From an uncultured Eubacterium sp. (GTDB lineage Bacteria; Bacillota; Clostridia; Oscillospirales; Acutalibacteraceae), in assembly GCF_945980375.1 (NCBI RefSeq), contig NZ_CAMFQO010000006.1, positions 10,524 through 74,523 of the forward strand: 64,000 nt of DNA, in the 5' to 3' direction. This document shows, piece by piece, positions 56,905 through 64,000 of this stretch (the first letter of the stretch is position 1; every line of letters begins with the position of its first letter). The notes below the pieces were generated by a model. It did no database searches. It saw nothing but the letters and a program-made list of their open reading frames with translations, and had not been told where the DNA came from. Made by a program: the position numbers and the translations under genes.

Positions 56905-57988
56905 ATGCTTTTATGCTTACCGTAAAGCTTGTGCCGACACCAATTTCGCTTTGCACGGTGATGCTGCTGTTTGTCAAATCGACGATTCGTTTAACAAGTG
57001 CAAGCCCAAGTCCGTTGCCCTTTTCGCTATGCGAGGTGTCGCCCTGGTAAAACTTTTCAAAAATATGCTTTTTTGTTTCCTCACTCATTCCGCATCCGGA
57101 ATCGCTGACTGTAACAAGTATATTTCCGTTTTTTCTTTCAAGCACAACGCCGATTGTTCCCCTCGGTTGAGTAAACTTGATTGCATTTGAAAAAAGATTT
57201 GTCCAAACAAGCTTTAACAGCTCCTCGTCAGAGCATATGTAAACATCATCCTCAACCTGAAAATCGATGTTCAGTTCTTTTTCCTCCCACAGATTTTCAA
57301 AATCAAGAAGACAATGCGAAAGCTGTGAGGAAAGGTTAAATCTATCGGATTTAACCGTTGTTTGACTGTTTTCTATTTTGTTTAGCTTGAGAATGTTTGC
57401 GACAAGTGACGATAACTGTTGTGTCGATTCCGAAATCTTTTTTAGGTACTTTTGCCGTTCTTCCTCGCTCAACTGTGTATCCTGAAGCATTTCTGTGTAT
57501 GATTGAATAACTGCAAGGGGAGTTTTAAGCTCGTGAGAAACATTTGCAATGAAATCGTTGCTTAAGCTGTCAACCTTGCCAAGCTGCTCCACCATCGTGT
57601 TAAAGTTTTCAGCAATATTCATAAATTCAAGACTGCCCAAACGAATTTGATCCATATCAAGCCTGATTGAATAATCACCCTGAATAACCTTTTCACTTGC
57701 ATTTGAGAATTCTCTGGTAGGCTTTTCAATTATCAGACGTGTAAATACCAACTGCCATACTGTAAAAACTACCACAAGAACCGATGAAAAATACAGCAAA
57801 TCATCAATATCCTTAGATGTAATCAGCGTTGAAATAATTTCGGGATTGGTTGTGCTTAACACAGCGATGGTACCAAGTGATGCAAAGCAAACAAGAAGTG
57901 CCGTAAACATAAAGGCGTTTATGACATTTCTTATGTGGTATTTGGATTTGATTTTTGTTTTAATACCGTGTTTGCTTTTAATGCTCAT
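56903..57988 (-). CDS. HAMP-domain sensor histidine kinase
   Basis: Two TMs, HAMP, H-box NVSHELKTPL, N-box NAIKFT, DSGCGM, FEKFYQ, GNGLGL; start set at ATG 57988 overlapping the RR stop. Confidence 0.95.
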   Translation of the reverse strand: MSIKSKHGIKTKIKSKYHIRNVINAFMFTALLVCFASLGTIAVLSTTNPEIISTLITSKDIDDLLYFSSVLVVVFTVWQLVFTRLIIEKPTREFSNASEKVIQGDYSIRLDMDQIRLGSLEFMNIAENFNTMVEQLGKVDSLSNDFIANVSHELKTPLAVIQSYTEMLQDTQLSEEERQKYLKKISESTQQLSSLVANILKLNKIENSQTTVKSDRFNLSSQLSHCLLDFENLWEEKELNIDFQVEDDVYICSDEELLKLVWTNLFSNAIKFTQPRGTIGVVLERKNGNILVTVSDSGCGMSEETKKHIFEKFYQGDTSHSEKGNGLGLALVKRIVDLTNSSITVQSEIGVGTSFTVSIKA

Positions 57989-58664
57989 ATTTTTCATTGA
58001 TAACAACCTTGTATCCCAAGCCGTGAACGGTAACTATTTCAAACTCCTTGCAAACGGAAAATTTGCCTCGAAGCTTTGTCATATACACGTCAACGGTTCT
58101 TGTGCCGGATGTTGTGTCAGAGCCCCAAAATTCATCCATAAGCTGTGTGCGTGAGAATGTCTTTTTTGGGTAAGACAGCATCTTGTAAATGATATTGAAT
58201 TCTCTTGAGGTAAGGTTGATTTCCTCACCGTCATACAATACGGTTCGCTCATCGGCATTGAGGTCAAGCTTGCCGATGGTAATGCGCTTTTTCTGTGCAA
58301 TTCTTGCACGACGCAGCAGGGCATTAATTCTCATAACAAGCTCCTCAAGATTAACCGGCTTTACCATATAATCGTCAATACCAAGGCTGAAGCCGAGCTG
58401 CTTTGATGCAAGGTCGTCCCTTGCGGTTATGAACATAATAGGGATGTTTGTACTGAGGTTACGGATTTTCTTTGCAAATTCAAATCCGTCCTCATCCGGC
58501 ATCATAATGTCAGATACAATAAGGTCATGGACGTTATTGTAAAGCGCGCTGTAAGCCTGTGTTGTATTGTAGCATCCGTCGGCATCAAAGCCGTTTTTTC
58601 TTAAATATGTGCAGACAGCTTCGTTGAGGTCTGCATCATCCTCAACAACCAAAATTCTAAACAT
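57978..58664 (-). CDS. OmpR-family response regulator
   Basis: ILVVEDD, DIMMPDEDG, ITA, DDYMVKP, wHTH with RTVDVY, TVHGLGY. Confidence 0.95.
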   Translation of the reverse strand: MFRILVVEDDADLNEAVCTYLRKNGFDADGCYNTTQAYSALYNNVHDLIVSDIMMPDEDGFEFAKKIRNLSTNIPIMFITARDDLASKQLGFSLGIDDYMVKPVNLEELVMRINALLRRARIAQKKRITIGKLDLNADERTVLYDGEEINLTSREFNIIYKMLSYPKKTFSRTQLMDEFWGSDTTSGTRTVDVYMTKLRGKFSVCKEFEIVTVHGLGYKVVINEKYEH

Positions 58665-58696
58665 AGGTCGTTTGTCTCCTTTTGCATCAGCAAATA

Positions 58697-58987
58697 TTAA
58701 ATATTGTAGTCAATAGCTACCGATGTTTCACATACGGCATGCATATGTTTTTTTACCACAGAGCAATGATACTCGTCATTTTGATAATCCTCAAGCGCCT
58801 TGGCATCATCCAAAACAACCTGCAAAATCACATCATACGAACGTTGAGAATGTAAAAAGTCAACTCCTACCTCAATATCTTTTATGAGGTCAACATTGCC
58901 CTTCATTGACATAAGAACCTCAGCAGCCTTGTTACATTCAGCCTCGCTGTTGTCCTTTAGCTTAAAACAAACAATATGCTTAATCAT
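58697..58987 (-). CDS. Dabb family (stress-responsive A/B barrel) protein
   Basis: MIKHIVCFKLK, EVGVDF....RSYDV.L, L..YQ...YH. Confidence 0.88.
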   Translation of the reverse strand: MIKHIVCFKLKDNSEAECNKAAEVLMSMKGNVDLIKDIEVGVDFLHSQRSYDVILQVVLDDAKALEDYQNDEYHCSVVKKHMHAVCETSVAIDYNI

Positions 58988-59005
58988 TTGATTTTCCTTT
59001 CGTTT

Positions 59006-59037
59006 ATAAAAGTAGGGTTACCGCACGGCAACCCTAC
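59006..59037 (-). terminator. Terminator after rny
   Basis: On - strand GTAGGGTTGCCG-TG-CGGTAACCCTAC followed by TTTTAT. Confidence 0.75.
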
Positions 59038-59054
59038 ACTGTTTTATAGCAATA

Positions 59055-60614
59055 CTATTTTGCAACATCTGAGTGTCGGCTTTCACGAATGATATTAACC
59101 TTGATTTGACCCGGATATTCCATTTCTTCTTCAATTTTCTTGGCAATCTCGTGAGCGATGTATGGCATCTTTTGGTCAGAGATAACCTCCGGCTTAACCA
59201 TAACTCTAACCTCACGGCCTGCCTGGATAGCATATGCTTTTTCAACACCGTTGAAGCTTGTGGAGATTTCCTCAAGCTGTTGGAGTCGCTTGATGTAGTG
59301 CTCGATGTTTTCGCGTCTCGCACCCGGTCTTGCCGCCGAAATTGCATCGGCAGCCTGAACAAGACAGGCAACTATTGTCTTGCATTCAATCTCACCGTGG
59401 TGAGCCTGAATTGCGTGAATAACCGCCTCGTTTTCCTTGTACTTTCTTGCGTATTCAACGCCTAAGGCAACGTGGCTGCCCTCCATCTCGTGATCAAGAG
59501 CCTTGCCTATATCGTGAAGAAGACCGGCTCTCCTTGCAAGCTTTTCGTCGGCACCGAGCTCGGCAGCCATAAGGCCTGCGATATAAGAAACCTCAAGCGA
59601 GTGCTTAAGAACGCTTTGACCGTATGATGTACGGTATTTAAGCTTACCTAAAAGCTTAACAAGCTCAGGATGAATGGAGCCGCAGTTTGCACTTATAACA
59701 GCCTTTTCACCCTCGGACTTAATGGTTTGGTTAATTTCCTTCTTGGACTTTTCGTACATTTCCTCAATTCTTGTAGGATGAATACGACCGTCCTGAATGA
59801 GCCTTTCAAGAGTTAAACGTGCTATCTCACGTCTGACAGGATCAAATGAGCTTACCGTGATAGCCTCAGGGGTGTCGTCAATGATGAGCTCAACACCCGT
59901 AATTTTTTCGATGGAACGAATGTTGCGTCCCTCTCTGCCGATGATTCTTCCCTTTGTTTCGTCTGAAGGGAGGGCAACAACAGATACGGTTGTTTCTGCT
60001 GTGTGGTCGGCGGCACAGCGCTGAATTGCAGTACCGATAATCTCTCTTGCAATAACATCGCTTTGATCCTTAATCATTTGCTCGTGTTCAAGAATTCTTT
60101 TGCTCTTTTCAACATCTAATTCGGATTCAAGTGAGCTCATAAGCTGTGCTCTTGCATCCTCCTGAGATAAGCCCGAAATTCTTTCAAGCATATCAAACTG
60201 ACTTTTCTTGATGCCATCGATTTCAAGTAATTTATCATTTGCAGCCTTTAGCTTTTCGCTGAGGCTTTCGTTTTTCTTTTCCAATGTGTCAGATCTTTTG
60301 TCAAGATATTCTTCACGCTGGTTAAGTCTTTTTTCCTGTTTTTGTACTTCGTTTCTTCTTTCACGAATTTCCTTGTCCGCGTCGGAGCGAAGCTTATGGA
60401 TTTCGTCCTTTGCCTCCATAAGCTGAGCCTTTTTGGTCTTTTCAGCTTCGGAAAGGGCGTCGTTCAAAATTTTTGTTGCCTGCTCTGTTGCGTTGGCAAT
60501 TTTTGCATCATCGGATTTTCTCTTTGCGGTAAGTCCGATAAAGAATCCCAACACAGCAAGAACAACAGAACACAATAAAGCGATAATGATCGCCAATGAA
60601 ATACTTACCTTCAT
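59055..60614 (-). CDS. rny: Ribonuclease Y
   Basis: N-terminal TM, coiled coil, [16 protein letters not shown] motif [18 protein letters not shown]. Confidence 0.97.
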   Translation of the reverse strand: MKVSISLAIIIALLCSVVLAVLGFFIGLTAKRKSDDAKIANATEQATKILNDALSEAEKTKKAQLMEAKDEIHKLRSDADKEIRERRNEVQKQEKRLNQREEYLDKRSDTLEKKNESLSEKLKAANDKLLEIDGIKKSQFDMLERISGLSQEDARAQLMSSLESELDVEKSKRILEHEQMIKDQSDVIAREIIGTAIQRCAADHTAETTVSVVALPSDETKGRIIGREGRNIRSIEKITGVELIIDDTPEAITVSSFDPVRREIARLTLERLIQDGRIHPTRIEEMYEKSKKEINQTIKSEGEKAVISANCGSIHPELVKLLGKLKYRTSYGQSVLKHSLEVSYIAGLMAAELGADEKLARRAGLLHDIGKALDHEMEGSHVALGVEYARKYKENEAVIHAIQAHHGEIECKTIVACLVQAADAISAARPGARRENIEHYIKRLQQLEEISTSFNGVEKAYAIQAGREVRVMVKPEVISDQKMPYIAHEIAKKIEEEMEYPGQIKVNIIRESRHSDVAK

Positions 60615-60750
60615 ATCAATAGCACCTCCTTCTGTTTAAGATTTTACATACATAATAATTGTTAATTCCATCAGAAAAGGTACAGTTTTATGCAATTTTG
60701 ACATTTAACGGGTACATATTTTTGCCCAATATATACAGAATGTCACAAAT

Positions 60751-60779
60751 ATAATACTTGAATATGTAGTATTTGTCAA
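60751..60779 (-). promoter_or_regulatory. Sigma-A promoter for rny
   Basis: On - strand TTGACA-17 bp-TATTAT. Confidence 0.65.
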
Positions 60780-60828
60780 GGAATTATTTTGATATTTGCA
60801 ATACAAATTGTGTTATGAAAATATGAGG

Positions 60829-60857
60829 TTGACAAATAAAATCAATGGTGTTATTAT
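60829..60857 (+). promoter_or_regulatory. Sigma-A promoter for the T-box-thrS unit
   Basis: TTGACA-17 bp-TATTAT with TG extension. Confidence 0.75.
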
Positions 60858-60869
60858 ACTTTCAACAGA

Positions 60870-61086
60870 AAAAATGTTGATGGGGACAAGACTGCATTTT
60901 TGACGGCTAAAGAGAGCATCCGGTTGGTGAAAGGATGCGCCTGACGGTGTAAGCTACCACCCCGGAGTGCCTTTAATAGAGGTCGGTTTGCTACCGTTAC
61001 AGAGCATTGAGTGGCAGGAAACTGCAATTCAGGTGGAACCGTGGATTATTATTCACCCTGATTTTTCAGGGTGATTTTTATTTTTT
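60870..61086 (+). ncRNA. T-box riboswitch (Thr-specific) upstream of thrS
   Basis: Stem I base GATGGGG...CCCCGGA, AGAGA and GGTGAAA boxes, specifier ACC (Thr) at 60956-60958 followed by A, CCGTTA in stem II region, T-box AGGTGGAACCGTGG (61031-61044), terminator TCACCCTGA/TCAGGGTGA plus T-run. Confidence 0.92.
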
Positions 61087-61102
61087 AAGGAGGTAATGTT
61101 TT

Positions 61103-63040
61103 ATGAAAATTACATTAAAGGACGGCTCTGTTTTAGAGTACAATGAGGCAAAAACAGCAGCAGACATTACAAAGGACATTTCTATGGGCTTGTTCAGAAA
61201 TGCAACCTGCTGTAAAATTAACGGCGAGATTAAGGATTTAAGAACCGTTATTGATACCGATGCACAGCTTGAGATACTTACCTTTGATGATGAGGACGGT
61301 AAAAAAGCATTTAATCACACTGCATCACACATTATGGCACAGGCTGTTAAACGTCTGTATCCCGATGCAAAGCTCACAATAGGTCCTGCTATTGACGGAG
61401 GATTTTATTATGACTTTGATGTTGAAAATTCATTTTCTCCCGATGATTTGACAAAAATTGAGGCAGAAATGAAGAAAATCGTTAAGGAAGATCTTGAGAT
61501 TAAAAGGTTTGAGCTTCCCGTAAACGAGGCAATTGCTCTTATGGAAAGCAAGAACGAGCCTTATAAGATTGAGCTTATCAATGAGCATGCAGAAAAGGGT
61601 GAGCCTATCAGCTTCTACGAGCAGGGCGAATTTACAGAGCTTTGTGCAGGTCCTCACCTTATGGATATGAAGGTTGTAAAGGCATTTAAGCTTACACAAT
61701 GCACAGGTGCTTATTGGAGAGGTAATGAGAAAAACAAGATGCTTTGCCGTGTTTACGGTACTGCTTTTCCAAAGGCTTCTATGCTTGAAGAGCATCTTGC
61801 CGCACTTGAGGAGGCAAGAAAGCGTGACCACAACAAGCTTGGCAGAGAGCTTGAGCTGTTTACAACTGTTGATTATATAGGTCAAGGCTTACCTATTCTT
61901 CTTCCAAAGGGTACAAAGATTATCCAAACTCTTCAGCGTTGGGTAGAGGATGAGGAGGAAAAGCGCGGCTGGCAGCTCACAAAAACTCCTCTAATGGCAA
62001 AGTCGGATTTGTACAAGATTTCAGGTCACTGGGATCACTATAAGGAAGGTATGTTTGTTCTCGGTGATGAGGAAAAGGATAAGGAGGTTTTTGCTCTTCG
62101 TCCTATGACCTGTCCGTTCCAATACCAAGCATATCTTAACAGAGCAAGGTCTTACCGTGATCTTCCTTTGAGATATGATGAAACCTCTACTCTTTTCCGT
62201 AACGAAGCATCGGGCGAGATGCACGGTCTTATTCGTGTTCGTCAGTTCACTATTTCGGAGGGACACCTTATGTGCCGTCCCGACCAGCTTGAAGAAGAGT
62301 TCAAGAGCTGCTTGGAGCTTACAAACTATATGATGGAGGTTCTCGGTCTTAAAGAGGATTTGACATATCGTTTTTCACAGTGGGATCCTGATGACAGAGA
62401 AAAGTATATCGGTACAAAGGAGCAGTGGGATGAGGCTCAGGGTGTTATGAAGAACATTCTTGATGACCTTGGTATTGATTATCAAATCGGTATCGGCGAG
62501 GCTGCATTCTACGGCCCAAAGCTTGACATTCAAATTAAAAATGTATTCGGTAAAGAGGATACACTTGTTACTATCCAAATCGACCAAATGCTTGCAGAAA
62601 AGTTCGGTATGGAATATGTTGACAGCGACGGTCAAAAGAAAAATCCTTACATTATTCACAGAACATCAATCGGCTGCTACGAAAGAACACTTGCTCTGCT
62701 TATTGAAAAGTACGCAGGCGCGTTCCCAACATGGCTTGCACCTGTTCAGGTTAAGTTCCTTCCCGTTGCAGACAGACATCAGGATTACTGCCGTGAGGCT
62801 ATGAAGAAACTTCAAATGGCAGGAGTTCGCTGTGAGCTTGATGACAGAAGCGAAAAAATCGGCTTTAAGATTCGCTCTGCACAGCTTGAAAAGATTCCGT
62901 ATATGATTCTTGTAGGCGACAAGGATATTGAGGCAGGCACAATCTCTGTTCGTTCCAGAAAGAACGGCGATGAGGGCGCAACCTCTATTGATGAATTTGT
63001 TGCAAGAATTACAGAGGAAATCAATTCAAAGGCAAGATAA
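61103..63040 (+). CDS. thrS: Threonine--tRNA ligase
   Basis: TGS domain, HTASHIMAQA, ELCAGPH, GAYWRG, RDHNKLG, LRPMTCP, AFYGPK, IHR. Confidence 0.98.
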   Translation: MKITLKDGSVLEYNEAKTAADITKDISMGLFRNATCCKINGEIKDLRTVIDTDAQLEILTFDDEDGKKAFNHTASHIMAQAVKRLYPDAKLTIGPAIDGGFYYDFDVENSFSPDDLTKIEAEMKKIVKEDLEIKRFELPVNEAIALMESKNEPYKIELINEHAEKGEPISFYEQGEFTELCAGPHLMDMKVVKAFKLTQCTGAYWRGNEKNKMLCRVYGTAFPKASMLEEHLAALEEARKRDHNKLGRELELFTTVDYIGQGLPILLPKGTKIIQTLQRWVEDEEEKRGWQLTKTPLMAKSDLYKISGHWDHYKEGMFVLGDEEKDKEVFALRPMTCPFQYQAYLNRARSYRDLPLRYDETSTLFRNEASGEMHGLIRVRQFTISEGHLMCRPDQLEEEFKSCLELTNYMMEVLGLKEDLTYRFSQWDPDDREKYIGTKEQWDEAQGVMKNILDDLGIDYQIGIGEAAFYGPKLDIQIKNVFGKEDTLVTIQIDQMLAEKFGMEYVDSDGQKKNPYIIHRTSIGCYERTLALLIEKYAGAFPTWLAPVQVKFLPVADRHQDYCREAMKKLQMAGVRCELDDRSEKIGFKIRSAQLEKIPYMILVGDKDIEAGTISVRSRKNGDEGATSIDEFVARITEEINSKAR

Positions 63041-63059
63041 TACAACAATATACAGAACA

Positions 63060-63098
63060 ACGCCCTGTAAAGCGTCTTACTTTACAGGGCGTATTTTT
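63060..63098. terminator. Bidirectional terminator between thrS and larC
   Basis: Perfect 13-bp ACGCCCTGTAAAG / CTTTACAGGGCGT followed by ATTTTT. Confidence 0.85.
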
Positions 63099-64000
63099 AT
63101 TCTGTCAGCCTTCTTGCTTCAAAAAGGGAAATGTCCTTTTCGTCGGCAATTTTTGCCAAATCGTCAAATTCAATTTTGCTTTTTTCAGTGCCGTAGCCTG
63201 ATGATTTTTTTATGTGTACACAATTGCTTTGCGTTATTTCTCGGCTTAATGTGCATCGTTTACATTTAACCTGACGCACCCCAAGGGTTGTTGTGTGCTT
63301 AAAGATTTGAGCAGTCAGCTCGTCCTTTTTTTCGGGGGTTGTGATAACGGTAAACTCAAAGGCAGGCCTGCTTTTTTTCATAACAATAGGCTTAACATAG
63401 GCATCCTTTGCACCCAAATCAATCAGCTTTGTTATTGCATATCCCATTTCCTCGCCGGTCATATCGTCAAGCTGACAGCGTAGCTCATATATATCCTCTG
63501 TGCTGTCGCTTTCTCCGATAAACACTCTGACAACATTAGGCTTTGCAAAATCCTTTGTACCTGCACCGTAGCCTGTTTTTTCTATATTCATATTGATAGG
63601 GGAGGATTTGCCTGCAAAATATTTTACAATAGCTGCACCGGTGGGAGTTGTCAGCTCACCTTCAATGTCACCCGAAATAATTTGCATACCCTTTAATAGT
63701 TCTGCTGTTGCAGGGGCAGGCACCGATAAAATGCCGTGCTGTGTCTTTATGCTTCCGTATCCCGTAACGATGGATGAGCAATGCACCTTTTCAATATTAA
63801 TGTAATCTAATATATAGCAAAAGGCGGTAACGTCAATTATTGCATCCTTTGCACCTACCTCGTGCAAATGCACATCGGCAACCTGCGTGCCGTGTACCTT
63901 GCTTTCAGCATTTGCAATCAGGGAGTAAACTTTTTTTGCATTTTCCTTTACATTGTCCGGCAAATCAAAGCCGTTAATAATACCGTATATTTCGGCAATA
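63097..64000 (-). CDS. larC: Nickel pincer cofactor biosynthesis protein LarC (5' end outside the window)
   Basis: AE.KVHG..VHLHEVGAKDAIIDV, HG.L.VPAPAT, GELTTPTGAAI, GYGAG.KDF..PNVVR, QLDDMTGE, MKKSRP, TTTLGVR; frame stays open to the window edge. Confidence 0.9.
   Translation of the reverse strand, partial: IAEIYGIINGFDLPDNVKENAKKVYSLIANAESKVHGTQVADVHLHEVGAKDAIIDVTAFCYILDYINIEKVHCSSIVTGYGSIKTQHGILSVPAPATAELLKGMQIISGDIEGELTTPTGAAIVKYFAGKSSPINMNIEKTGYGAGTKDFAKPNVVRVFIGESDSTEDIYELRCQLDDMTGEEMGYAITKLIDLGAKDAYVKPIVMKKSRPAFEFTVITTPEKKDELTAQIFKHTTTLGVRQVKCKRCTLSREITQSNCVHIKKSSGYGTEKSKIEFDDLAKIADEKDISLFEARRLTE

Noticed and set aside
60698-60703. Extra TTGACA on the + strand in the rny-thrS gap
   Set aside because: No -10 hexamer at 16-18 bp spacing

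Overview
Core-chromosome segment of a low-GC Firmicute; gene order and sequence style suggest Clostridia, probably Oscillospiraceae/Ruminococcus-Eubacterium-like (inference). From left to right: a ~17 kb + strand run (miaB, ylbF/ymcA-like, mutS, an AT-rich inserted membrane gene, mutL, miaA, orphan membrane-fusion protein, yggS, sepF, divIVA-like, ileS, lspA, rluD, Cof HAD); a - strand ANTAR-dapF-dapL-purC-purB operon; glgBCDA; a permease/CMK-like/small-membrane-protein operon; prfB without its frameshift; a polysaccharide deacetylase; a ~330 bp MITE-like composite repeat; mreBCD-mrdA-mgsA-hisS-aspS-yfbR; two small divergent genes; a 13-gene Wzx/Wzy polysaccharide locus with rmlABDC, a radical SAM enzyme and a WbsX/GH99-like protein; a two-component system; a Dabb protein; rny; T-box-thrS; and a truncated larC. 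No rRNA, tRNA, CRISPR array, prophage or transposase was seen. Best leads: (1) the radical SAM/Twitch plus Cys-insert GT4 plus GH99-fold module in the polysaccharide locus; (2) apparently remodelled division/shape machinery (DivIVA lacking its N-terminal membrane loop but ending in a MinD-like tail, no min genes at the usual locus, altered MreB motif, orphan adaptor protein); (3) the nested repeat element upstream of mreB. Family calls come from visual motif recognition only; no database searches were run.
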